64,000 nucleotides of DNA from contig OZ210885.1 of the NCBI GenBank assembly GCA_964658305.1, positions 12,462,001-12,526,000 on the forward strand, given 5' to 3'. This DNA is from Leptogorgia sarmentosa (lineage: Eukaryota). The position numbers and the translations under genes were made by a program. Below, piece after piece: positions 10,469 to 21,100 of this stretch. Numbering within the stretch: position 1 is the stretch's first letter; each line of letters starts with the position of its first letter. The notes beneath the pieces are model-generated. The model was not told the origin of the DNA. It did not search any database and saw only the letters and a list, made by a program, of their open reading frames with translations.

Positions 10469-10541
10469 TGTTTCCGCCGAGGACTGAACTGGGGACCTTG
10501 CGTTTGTAAGGCGCACGTGATAACCACTACACTACGGCAGC
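10469..10541 (-). pseudogene. tRNA-Val(TAC), degenerate
   Basis: T-loop and acceptor are mutated. Confidence 0.72.
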
Positions 10542-11061
10542 GAATTGGAAGGAAATTATAAAACAGAGACAAAGTTTCGGAGATGTGAATCGATGCAACA
10601 AAAAATATGAAGCAAGTTAAAGGCCATGCAGGTCCAAGCCAGATTTAAACTGGTGTCCTTCCAGTGTGAGACGCATGCAGTAACCAGTGCCCTACACGAA
10701 ATGTATAGCAAACCCTCAATTTCACCGTCGAAAACGCTAACAAGATAATACAAAAATAACATGAACACAGTATTTCCGCTGACCATTTAAAGTGCAACAC
10801 GGGAATCAGCATAAACGCATTATTCCTATGACGATTGAAAATTTGCAATGGTATTAAAATCGTTCGTTTTTAACTGCGATTGATTGAAAAAATTCCAATA
10901 AAATAATGTGGGCCTCCGTCACGTAAATTGATTTTGCTGGTCATGTTTAAAGTGTAACAATTTCCTAGAACTTAATCTGATTTATTAATTGAAGATGTTT
11001 GGTGAAAATGGTCGGCATCTTGTGCAATATGAACATTATTATGAAAGTATTGGGCAACTTC

Positions 11062-11132
11062 GCGTTGGTGGTTCAGTGGTAGAATTCTCGCCTGCCACGC
11101 GGGAGACCGTGGTTCGATTCCCCGCTAACGCA
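11062..11132 (+). tRNA. trnG: tRNA-Gly(GCC)
   Basis: 71 nt, loop CT-GCC-AC; one T-stem mismatch. Confidence 0.82.
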
Positions 11133-11222
11133 GGTTATTTTCATTTTTTTGCATTTCAATTTCAACTGCAGCACGATAAACAAACTGGCTTTGTAACACG
11201 GGAATAGTCAACAAGTTATCTC

Positions 11223-11294
11223 TCCCCTGTGGTCTAGTGGTTAGGATCTGGCGTTTTCACCGCCATCGCCCGGGTTCGATTCCCGGCGTGGGAA
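11223..11294 (+). tRNA. trnE: tRNA-Glu(TTC)
   Basis: 72 nt, loop TT-TTC-AC; one acceptor mismatch. Confidence 0.82.
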
Positions 11295-11478
11295 CTTTTT
11301 CTGAAAATTTCAATTTGAAGCAGCTTGTGTTCACATTTTCAAACTCGTTCACTGAAATCAAACCATTGACCCTTCAAGGTCAAGCACTTCTGGCCACGCT
11401 GTCTCTCGAAATTTTCTTCCAAATTCAAATTAAAAATATTATCGTTATTTTCACATTCCGAGAAAAGATAAATGTTTC

Positions 11479-11550
11479 TCCCAAGTAGCCCAGTGGTTAG
11501 GATCTGGCGCCCTCACCGTCAAGGCCCGGGTTCGATTCCCGGCATGGGAA
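11479..11550 (+). pseudogene. tRNA-Glu(CTC), degenerate
   Basis: Glu body with several 5'-half substitutions and U33 changed to C. Confidence 0.72.
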
Positions 11551-12048
11551 TAGGGTTAGTGTTAGGTGATATAGAGTTAACGTACCATGACGTCAGAATT
11601 TTATTATTAACGAAATTTTCTCTATAAAATGTTTTTTTTTGCGGAATTTTGTGGAAAATGAAGGAGTAAAGAAATAAAGAAATAAAGAAATAAAGGAAGA
11701 GCAGAAGAAAGAACCTATTTGTCTAATTGTCTGATATGTTGTGTTTGTAAATTCATTTTTGCCATTTCCGCGCTTGTCCATGTTTATCAAAAAAGAAAGA
11801 AGTATGAACAATCGAAACAAATTTGTCGGAAATTCGCAAATCATAAAGTTAGTTTTGATAATGCGAAATAATTTTAAAGTGGAACTGAGAGTACCGCTTA
11901 TAACTAGCTCAATCATAGAATATAAATGGTAACGTTTTGCAAAGAATGAAAACAAGTGCTTAATCTTCAGTCTTATTTTTACCATTTTGAAACATCTCAT
12001 CAGTGCAGGATGGGAAAGTAATATAATTCTACAGCTAGTTTTTGAGTT

Positions 12049-12120
12049 GCCTCTTAGCTCAGTGGTTAGAACACTGGTCTTGTAAACCAGGGGTCCAGAG
12101 TTCAAATCTCTGATGAGGCT
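12049..12120 (+). tRNA. trnT: tRNA-Thr(TGT), probably impaired
   Basis: Loop CT-TGT-AA; 1-nt deletion in the acceptor 5' strand and a D-stem mismatch. Confidence 0.7.
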
Positions 12121-12270
12121 TTATTTTCTTCGAAAACTTTCAAGAACGTGGAAGACACGCGCCCAGATTGTATTCCATATGCTGTTCAGTGAGTTGAAAC
12201 TGATGAAATAAAAAAGCTATTGGAAGAGTACTACGTTGGAAAAATCATGCTAGGAAGATTTTAGCATGTC

Positions 12271-12344
12271 GCCTCATTAGCTCAGGGGTTAGAGCACTGG
12301 TTTCGTAAACCAGGGGTCCCAGAGTTCAATTCTCTGATGAGGTT
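12271..12344 (+). tRNA. trnT: tRNA-Thr(CGT)
   Basis: GCCTCAT/ATGAGGT acceptor, loop TT-CGT-AA. Confidence 0.82.
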
Positions 12345-12661
12345 GTGTGAATGAATGAGTATTCATTTTGAATAAGAATTCATCCATTTGTTTTTGTAAT
12401 TGGTTACAAGATATGCAAGTTAACTCTCCAGATTGTATAAGTGTGACCTGAAACAAAATTTTTCAAGTGAGTTTCTTTCATCAAAACACGTGATAATACG
12501 GGAAATTAAGTTTAATTAACTTCGTAATTGGATTTATGTTCTGAGTTTCAACAGGGAAGAAGTTGTCTCTTTAGCTCAGGGGTTAGAGCACTGGTCTGGT
12601 AAAACAGCAGAGTTTGAGAATGTGAACACAAGCTGCTTCAAATTGAAATTTTCAGAAATAA

Positions 12662-12733
12662 TTCCCACGCCGGGAATCGAACCCGGGCCATGGCGGTGAA
12701 AACGCCAGATCCTAACCACTAGACCACATGGGA
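12662..12733 (-). tRNA. trnE: tRNA-Glu(TTC)
   Basis: Complete cloverleaf TCCCATGTGGTCTAGTGGTTAGGATCTGGCGTTTTCACCGCCATGGCCCGGGTTCGATTCCCGGCGTGGGAA. Confidence 0.92.
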
Positions 12734-13165
12734 GTGATAACTTGTTGACTATTCCTGTGTTACAAAGCCAGTTTGTTTCTCGTGTTGCATTTGAAATTGA
12801 AATGCAACAAAATGAAAATAATCTGCGTTATAGCGTGGAAGGCGAGAATTCTACCACTGAATCACCAACGCAAAGTTGGCCAGTTCTTTCGTTTTGTTCT
12901 ATTTCATAAGATGCCAATTCCACAAGATGCCAAACGTTTTCACCAAACACCTTTAAATAATAAATCAGAGTAAGTTCTAGGAAATTGTTTCACTTTAAAC
13001 ATGATCAGCAAAATAAATATTTTTGTGGAAAAGCAAGATCATGACAACAAGGACTTAAATACAGAAAACACCGAAAGAATGGGTAAGAGGGATAGAGCTA
13101 GAATAATAGCAATAGTTTTGCTAATTTCTCGAATCGCATGTTTTTTCCTTCTCTCGAAAGTATTA

Positions 13166-13241
13166 TTCCATTGCGGGGAATCGAACCCGGGCCTCGGCGG
13201 TGAGAGCGCCAGATCCTGACAACTGACTGGACTACATGGAA
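13166..13241 (-). pseudogene. tRNA-Glu(CTC), degenerate
   Basis: CTC anticodon; D-loop insertion and stem mismatches. Confidence 0.72.
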
Positions 13242-13337
13242 GAAATATTTATCTTTTCTCGGAATGTGAAAATAACGATAATATTTTTAATTTGAATTTG
13301 GAAGAAAATTTCGAGAGGCAGCGTGGCCAGAAGTGCT

Positions 13338-13410
13338 TGACCTTGAAGTGAATTGAACACTTAACCTTCTGATCTGGAGTCAGACGCGCTACCAATTGCG
13401 CCACAAGGTC
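13338..13410 (-). tRNA. trnW: tRNA-Trp(CCA)
   Basis: GACCTTG/CAAGGTC acceptor, loop CT-CCA-GA; identical to the 42871 copy. Confidence 0.93.
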
Positions 13411-13495
13411 GTAGCGCTGTTAAGATGGTTTGGTTTCACTGAACGAGTTTGAAAATGTGAACACAGCTGCTTCAAATTGAAATTTTCAGAAAAAA

Positions 13496-13567
13496 TTCCC
13501 ACGCCGGGAATCGAACCCGGGCCATAGCGGTGAAAACGCCAGATCCTAACCACCAGACAACATGGGA
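13496..13567 (-). tRNA. trnE: tRNA-Glu(TTC), variant
   Basis: Full length with A-box and anticodon-stem substitutions. Confidence 0.72.
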
Positions 13568-13657
13568 GTGATAACTTGTTCATTATTCCTGTGTTACAAA
13601 CCCAGTTTGTTTCTCGTGTTGCAGTTGAAATTGAAATGCAACAAAATGAAAATAACC

Positions 13658-13728
13658 TGCGTTAGCGGGGAATCGAACCCCGGTCTCCCGCGTGGCAGGC
13701 GAGCATTCTACCACTGAACCACCAACGC
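13658..13728 (-). tRNA. trnG: tRNA-Gly(GCC)
   Basis: Complete 71-nt cloverleaf. Confidence 0.92.
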
Positions 13729-14013
13729 AATTGTTGGCCAATTCTTTCGTTTTGTTCATATTCCACAAGATGCCGAACATTTTCACCAAACACCTTCAAA
13801 TAATAAATCAGAGTAAGTTCTAGGAAATTGTTACACTTTAAAAATGATCAGCAAAATAAATATTTTTGTGGAAAAGCAAGATCATGTCAACAAATACTTA
13901 AATACAGAAAACACCAAAAGAGTGGGTAAGGCGGATAGAGCCAGTATAATAGCAATGGTTTTGGTAATTTCTCGAATTGCATGTTTTTCTCATTCTCTCG
14001 CAGGTGTATGGTA

Positions 14014-14074
14014 TTCTCATGCCGGGAATTGAACCCAGGCCATGGCGGTGACAACGCCAGATCCTAACCACTAG
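14014..14074 (-). pseudogene. tRNA-Glu-derived pseudogene with anticodon GTC, 5'-truncated
   Basis: Glu body with loop TT-GTC-AC; the 5' acceptor strand is missing. Confidence 0.72.
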
Positions 14075-14187
14075 TTAAACGTTGATTCCTCTTTACTAAA
14101 TATCCACGCCTTTTGAAGAGATGCCCTTCGGTGATAAAGGAAGAAAAAATATTTAAAAATGAGGAAACGTTGACACGGTCGTGTTAA

Positions 14188-14259
14188 GGTTCTGTGGTGT
14201 AATGGTTAGCCCTTTGGACTTTGAATCCAGCGATCCGAGTTCGTGTCTCGGCAGAACCT
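14188..14259 (+). tRNA. trnQ: tRNA-Gln(TTG)
   Basis: GGTTCTG/CAGAACC acceptor; one D-stem mismatch; T-loop TTCGTGT. Confidence 0.78.
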
Positions 14260-14760
14260 ATATTGGACAGGAGATTTAAAGGTTATTTTAAGGTCTTCCT
14301 CCGTCCATTTTCCAAATTCGGAGTTAATTGAAAGAAAATGATCCAAGAACAAAATGAAAGCGAAAGCGAACTTCTTATTTTAATTACAAAAGGGATACTC
14401 TGTTGAAGCTCTTTTAACCAATAAAGTTATAAAGGCGTGAAAATCAAGAATTTAAAAACCAATGGAAAAACTCTTTCCACGATCAAATAGTTTTTGCCAT
14501 TATTCATGGTTTCGAAGGTTTTCCAGGCTATCGCGAATATAGTTTTACTGTGCTGGAATTAGATCTTTATTAATCGTGTCAGCATGCAAACGAGGCTAAA
14601 ATAGAATCCAATAGAATTATATCAATAGAATCGTTCATGTACAACCGTCTGCATTTCGCAGACACAATTTCTCGCGAAAGATTTCGCTGTCGTGGAATCA
14701 GGCCTTAAGGATTTACGGAGGCTTTCAAAAAACAGAACGTCTTACTTGGTTAATTAACTA

Positions 14761-14832
14761 GGGCTTGCACGGGAATCGAACCCGTGACCTCTCGCACCCT
14801 AAGCGAGAATCATACCACTAGACCAGCAAGCC
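14761..14832 (-). tRNA. trnP: tRNA-Pro(AGG)
   Basis: Complete 72-nt cloverleaf, loop TT-AGG-GT. Confidence 0.93.
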
Positions 14833-14943
14833 ATTGATGGTATCAAAATGTTTTCTAATGTACTTTGTACTGACGCTGAAAAATGGGGGATTAACGTAAT
14901 GTCTCAGCCGTTCCAAAATATTTTCCAATCTTGCAGCGAAGTC

Positions 14944-15024
14944 GCCGTAATCGTACAGTGGTTAGTACATTGCGTTGTGGCCGCAATAACCCAGGTTAGA
15001 ATCCTGGGAATCCTGGTCACGGCA
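14944..15024 (+). pseudogene. tRNA-His(GTG) with a 9-bp T-arm duplication
   Basis: GAATCCTGG duplicated; T-loop mutated. Confidence 0.78.
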
Positions 15025-15192
15025 TCTGATTCAAACAGCAAAAGTATTGTAATTACGATTACGGATATCGTCACCGTTGAAGTTCTGTTTATTATTGTCG
15101 TTGGATGTGGCCTTGGGGAAAAAACTCATATTTTGACCAAGAATAATACTATTGTTTTTATATTTCTTTTGGGAAGGTTTTCAATGGAGTCG

Positions 15193-15248
15193 GTCTCTGT
15201 GGCGCAATCGGTTAGCGCGTTCTGTTGGTTCGAGTCCAACCAGGGACG
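15193..15248 (+). pseudogene. tRNA-Asn with the anticodon arm deleted
   Basis: 5' and 3' parts match the 2238 copy; about 18 nt missing. Confidence 0.78.
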
Positions 15249-15369
15249 TGTTTGGTGTGATGTTATTCAGACGTCGTGACGGTAAATGTAACCGATTTTT
15301 TTTGCGCGGGGTTTTCTAAGGATTTACGAAAGCTTTCAAAAGAGAACATCTTACTTGGTTAATTAACTA

Positions 15370-15411
15370 GGGCTTGCACGGGAATCGAACCCGTGACCTC
15401 TCGCACCCAAA
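15370..15411 (-). pseudogene. tRNA-Pro(TGG) 3' half
   Basis: Same flank as 14761; truncated at the anticodon loop. Confidence 0.72.
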
Positions 15412-16023
15412 TACATGGAAAACTAATGAACTATAAACAAATTATTGATTTACCTGTGACTCATTCAACCAGAAGTCATCTATGCATGTCCTTTATAGTT
15501 TATACTGGCACTGTATACTGCATATTACATTGCCATACTATTATCACATGGAAAAACCAGTTTCTTTGGGAAACCCTGAGCAGAAATAGTGTGTAAATAC
15601 AAAAGAATATATAGCAGTATAAATATGGCTGAATCATAAACACAGTCTGCTAAAATTCACCTGAATTTTGCGGCTCATATTTGTCGTTGAATGTTCACAT
15701 ATAATGCTATAATTTTGGATGTAAATAAACGCTTTATTACTGCATAAATTCGTATAAAATTTGAGCATTGTGAATGGATAACACATACCCAACATAAGAT
15801 CGTGTAGATACGACACAATTGGCACAATTTCTCCTTTTTTCCGTCGAAATTTCATCAAAAATCGCATCCAAAATAGCGTTAATTTAAAAAATTTAAAAAT
15901 GCCGCTCCTTAAAAATAATCCCTTAAATGGAGTTAGATTCACTAATCCCCCTTACGTGGTGTTATTTTTTATTATAATATAAGTAGGGTAAAATCTGCAA
16001 CGTGATTGGCTAATGAGCGTGCA

Positions 16024-16490
16024 TTATTATACAAATAATGAATGTTTATGAGTGCAATGGTAAGAATATTTTCATGAGGTGAAAGATGGAATGTTCTATT
16101 TAACGAGGCGAAGCCGAGTTGAATGGAACATTCCATCTTTCACCGAATGAAAATATTCTTACCATTGCACGAATAAAAACATTCATTATTTGTTTTATAT
16201 AATACTTGTTTGTTTATATGATATTTGTTATATATAATTTGTTTTATATAAATCACATTTACCTCACGTTGAGAATTGGGGGTAAATAAACTGCGATCAC
16301 TGTCCGAAAAGCGTTTTGAAGGATGGGAGTTATTGAAAACACAGAGTGCAATAGTACGAATACTATTGCACTCTCCAGAGTGCAATAGTATTCGTACTAT
16401 TGCACTCTTGGGAAATGGAACTTTCTATTCAATATCACGTGACCATAATTAACCAATTAAACGACCTGAATGTAATGAGGTATTATATAA
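16024..16490. mobile_element. Hairpin-ended non-autonomous element (CTCG-bubble family)
   Basis: ~180-bp imperfect palindrome at 16024-16203 with apex CGAGGCGAAGCCGAG; CCAAT-containing AT-rich far end. Confidence 0.55.
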
Positions 16491-16743
16491 AACAGCGTAA
16501 TGCACGCATCTAGCTATTAAATTTCTCCCGCGACTCTTTGGTTTGACAAAAAGACAATAAAAATACATATATACTAAAAATACATCCATAAAAACCGCTT
16601 GAATTGTTTGCTTTCGCTCAGCTAAAGGAATAAAGCTGTGTTGCTACTTGGCAACATTTGAGAACACGCTTGATTACATGTAAAGAGAATTGTAATTTTG
16701 ATCTTCCAAACGAAGTTTTTTGTTGCGCTAATATTCTCTTATA

Positions 16744-16946
16744 TTATAAAAGAAATAGAAAAACTCGTCGCGTGCCATTATGCTGTTATAATTGCACTCG
16801 GGTAATGTTATGAGAATACTCGAGAATCGCGTAAAACACTCAGCTACGCCTCGTGTTTTCACGCGATTCTCTTGTATTCTCCCAACATTTCCCTCGTGCA
16901 TTATAACAGCATAATGGAACGCGACTCGTTATCTATTTCTTAAATA
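16744..16946. repeat. ~200-bp imperfect palindrome (CTCG-bubble family)
   Basis: The arms pair except at four CTCG/CTCG-type positions; apex CTCAGCTACGCCTCG. Confidence 0.75.
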
Positions 16947-18065
16947 CTGATTAGCCTACGAATGCCTGTAACCCCTCAAAGGGTATTATTTTAACTCCAG
17001 TTATGGAGTTATTTGTAACCCCTCTATTACTCCTCTAGAATCCCTTCAAAGTGGTGTTAAAATAACACCTTGAAAATAACAGTGCAGTCATGCGACTAAG
17101 GCAGCGAGGCTACAATTCAAATAAACACGCGATAATACATACGCTTGTCTTGTATTTCAATCCACTCTTGTTTTGTCGTGTCTTTTCTGTGTTTTTGCAG
17201 CATTCATGCCTTCTCAGGAGTCTTTTATAGCCTTGCAGAAATGATTTTCGTCCTTTTCTCGCCTTTTTGAAAGTGTCCGTCTTTCGTGATAGTCCTGCAT
17301 ATTTTTGAAATCTGTGGTGACCATCCTTTCACCTTTGAACCTTGAACAGTAACCAAAATTATGGCCAAATCGAGCAACTTCAGACTCCGCAATGCTGCTC
17401 TTTACCCGGGCGCGAATAGCCGAGGGGGCTAACGCCCGGACGGCGCTTCGCGCCGTAGCTCGGATAAAGCCCTCCCCCTTAGTTTCGAGCCTGATTCAAT
17501 GAACGGTCGTTAACTTCTGCTAGTGTTTCTAGGTATCCTGGTTACCGTGGTTACTTGTATATCAATGACGACATGGTGGTTAATTGGTGGACATTTTACA
17601 AAGTAAATATTATACCTCAAATTCAAATTGTCTAATGAAAAAACAGCATTTGTACCACGCGATAGTGTGATTTTTTACGGTATTTCACTCAAATTCCTGA
17701 TTTCGCAATCCAGCGCGGAATACTATAATATCCCACGGCAGATCCACCGTGGGATAATATAGTATACCACGCTCACGCCTGACGCGTGGGCAACACGCGC
17801 TTAGTATAGCTATGCAAATGGCAAAACGAAGAAATAAATAGACTTCTTGAAAACAAAGATGCAAAAATGTTTTGTTCTAATATCATCACTTCGGGAAATA
17901 TTACGCCGAATGCCCCTCGCTCCGGGTCTATAAATGATAAATAATATACTAGAAGTACGGGCTGCTTTTTGTTAGTGAGTCATATTATTATTTACTTGCC
18001 AACCTCATCATCTGAACGTTATGTCAAGCGTGTTATGCTTTTTTCATTCTCTCGCAAATATCTAA

Positions 18066-18137
18066 TTCCCATGCCGGGAATTGAACTTGGGCCTTGGCGG
18101 TGAGAGCGCCAGATCCTGACCACTGGACCACATGGGA
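18066..18137 (-). pseudogene. tRNA-Glu(CTC), T-stem disrupted
   Basis: Otherwise complete Glu cloverleaf carrying cluster-type flanks. Confidence 0.78.
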
Positions 18138-18894
18138 GAAACATTTATCTTTTCTCGGAATGTGAATATAAGTAAACAATTGTGTTAAATTAATAAATGG
18201 TTGTCTATATGTCTGGTCAATAGTACAGGTTTACTTTTGAAAAGCTTTTGCTATTCGAAAAAGTATAGAATTTAAATTACCAATTCATTTTCTGTTTGTG
18301 CCGTTTTTCACCTGGCAATACAGGTTCTCCAACATTGGGCGAGATATTCAACTCAGCCCGAGATTGTCCTGATGTTGTTGATAAATTAGCTGGAGCAAAA
18401 GATGGATCTTGCTGGATCCTTCGGAAGAACCCACAAGGTACAAGCTCATGCTTCCGAAGCTGAAATCTACGTAATGAATCTTGCAAATAGTTTTTTAAAA
18501 TTATTTTGATTAGGTTTGGTGTTATATTCATACAGACCAAGTGGATTAATTTGTGTTGGTTGGAATGAAGAATAGTCCAGTAAGTTTGACAGTCCCATCC
18601 GATTCGTCCCCAGTTGACCCACAAGGACCGCCACACTGGTCAAGTGTTTTTGGCGATATCACAGTTCTTGATTTTAGAGTCCAGGTCTCAACAAACAAAA
18701 GTTTTGATGGCACAAGAGCAGACTGGTAAGAATACACAAACTAATAATTTCTTGTTAACAATGCGCAAAGTCAGCACCGAGCTCGACTTTCGTACCGACA
18801 GTGCACGTAGTGCGAGTTATAACAGGAAAATGATTATCTCATACGAAAATATGATTGAAACTTTAACACTTTCTATCATATCAAGCAACTTTCC

Positions 18895-19350
18895 AATAAA
18901 GAATACCGAATGGTTTTCCGTGCAGGATTTCGTCATCCATGCACGTGGGATGTGGCGACTTTCGGAAAGCGTAAAAAATCACGAGCCGCAGGCGAGTCAC
19001 TTTCCGAAACTCAAGCCACATCCCAAGTGTATGGATAACGCCATCCTGCACGGAAAAATCATTTGGTAATTGTTTTATAAAATAACTACAGTGAAAGAAC
19101 GGAAAACGTTAATTTCTTTTCCATAAATACGAAAACTCTTGTTTGTTGTTTTCGATAGCAATTTGTGTTACTGTCAAATTATCGTATTTTACTTTAATGT
19201 ATTGCCGACATTTTAAAAATCCCGTGACTCGTGAGCATTATGCTCGTGAGTAAGCATTCAGAATTTTCCAAGCAGGATACTGTGCAGGATTGTCTGATCT
19301 TGCAGGACTATTGACCAATCAAATTGCGTGTTTCACTGTAGTTATTATGT
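18895..19350. mobile_element. Hairpin-ended element (CTCG-bubble family)
   Basis: Palindrome at ~18895-19078 with apex CGAGCCGCAGGCGAG; CCAATCA near the far end. Confidence 0.55.
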
Positions 19351-19494
19351 AACAGCCTTTCACGGCCGAAAACAATTTACTCGATAAGCGTGGTGACGTC
19401 ATAACGTGCTCAATAAGAGCAGAACTGAGTCATTAGACACTCGAAATATTTTCTTGTCAACAGAGATAACTTTTCCCATATCAAGATCCCTTAA

Positions 19495-19677
19495 GGCCCG
19501 TGCACACGAGCGAGTTTTTGCTGGGATTTTCTCCTTCTGATGGATGTGAACGAGTGGATTAACAAGGAATGTGCTGAGTGCGTGCTTTCTCACCTGAACA
19601 TTTGTGACTGATCTACTCGTTCACATCCGTCAAAAGGAGAAAATCGCACTAGAAATCGCAGCGAAATCGCTCCGGCC
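19495..19677. mobile_element. Harbinger-like MITE
   Basis: TAA|GGCC...GGCC ends; internal inverted repeat TTTTCTCCTT.TGA.GGATGTGAACGAGT. Confidence 0.5.
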
Positions 19678-20256
19678 TTTAGTCTGCAAACAAACTTATA
19701 AGGATCGATGGTCCAATGTTGTATCTGTAAAACACTGCTGATATGAAAAGATTTTAGAAAATACGACTAAGAGATAATGACGTCTGAAGTTCAGTAAGGT
19801 TTGCTGATAATGCTGTAAATGTGACGACCATTGCAAACATCATTGGTAATTTTACTTTTATTGACAAATATTCTATAATAATTCCATAGTCATGTAAACC
19901 AGCAAATAAAACTAAAAATTTACATTAAAGTTAAAACAAAATCATTTTCAAATATACAGTTGCCTCTTATGTTAATTAGGCGAACATTTCCAGATATGTT
20001 CACCGTTTAACTTATTCAGTGATACTGTCACACAGCTATTTCCTGCGGAAGCCTGGACAAGTGTATCTTAATTACTGACAGTAGGGATATTGAATAATGA
20101 ATGAGGTAAAATGTAGGAAACATTGAATCAGAAATGATCTCAGAAAATATGATGCCTGCGTCTACTATCAAATTAATGACTTTCAAAAATTAAGTAACTC
20201 ACCGATTCGAATGGTGGTTGTTTTGGTAAAAATAGTCATAGTCGAATATTAGTCTA

Positions 20257-20736
20257 CAGGGTGTCCCAAAAAGCCCCAAAACCTTTGAAATTAGCGCATT
20301 GTTTGAATTTGAATGCCCCAGCACTAAGCTAACCCCTAAGATCCCGTTTACACGGCACCGGATCAGCTTGGTCACGACATCAAATTTAATTGTTTCAAGA
20401 CGAGTGTGGCTCTTAATTAAATCTATGGTAATATTACAGAATTTAATAACCACTAATCATAGAATGTTTGGTTAGAGTAAAAATAACCTAAAACGCGACG
20501 AAATCATTGTCGTGACTACGTGAATCCAGCACCGTGAAACGGGGTCTAAGCTAAGCCAATTTTGCAAGCCATTACTTTAGTCTGTATTCAAATTTTGGTT
20601 TTAATCAAATCGGACGCACATTACAAGTATATCTCATTACAATTTCTTAATTACTTTTTACGAATTTTTTCGAGTTCAAACTGAAAGGGTTTTCAAATTC
20701 CAGCAATGCGTTAATTTCAATGGTTTTGGTTTTTTG
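20257..20736. mobile_element. Tc1/mariner-like MITE (right TIR tip lost) with a nested Harbinger-like MITE (~20340-20546)
   Basis: TA|CAGGGGTGTCCCAAAAAG...; inverted match at 20693-20735; the inner element has CCCGTTTACACGG/CCGTGAAACGGG ends between TAA triplets. Confidence 0.55.
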
Positions 20737-20763
20737 AGTCTTTATTCTACTTTATATACATTT

Positions 20764-20967
20764 TGTTATAATCGTATCGAAAATCGGTTTAAATCGTATC
20801 GAAACCTTCCCAATTTTAACGTTTATTTTATATAAAAACCCACAAAATATTACAGTTCACTTACACGTGTTTAAATTACATATTTACGCATACATTATTT
20901 TCGAATACATTACTTACGCATACATTACTAAACGACATTAATTAAGTGTAAGGTAAACATTCTTACA
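20764..20967 (-). repeat. 3' LTR (204 bp)
   Basis: Identical to 26862-27066 by eye apart from one A in GAAA(A)CCTTCCC. Confidence 0.95.
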
Positions 20968-21100
20968 CTCCCCAGGGTTGAGCCATTATCGTGTGCTCAA
21001 CAATGTTCGTCTTAATCAAATTTAACTTTAATATAAACGTTTACTAATTTTTATAGTTTAAGTTCAACCTGTTCGCTAGTTCGTTGAAATATTGTTTGTC

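Noticed and set aside
12109..12138. Hammerhead-like CTGATGAG...GAAA after Thr genes (also ~911 and ~6152)
   Set aside because: CTGATGAGG is simply the T-stem and acceptor 3' strand of tRNA-Thr; there is no convincing stem II.
198..15596. Short ORFs across the tRNA cluster
   Set aside because: They overlap tRNA genes and spacers, have no protein motifs, and recur only because the DNA is duplicated.
18277..19069. Possible coding remnant (119, 63 and 151 aa ORFs)
   Set aside because: No motif that I can recognise; part of it overlaps a hairpin repeat. A BLASTx search would be needed.
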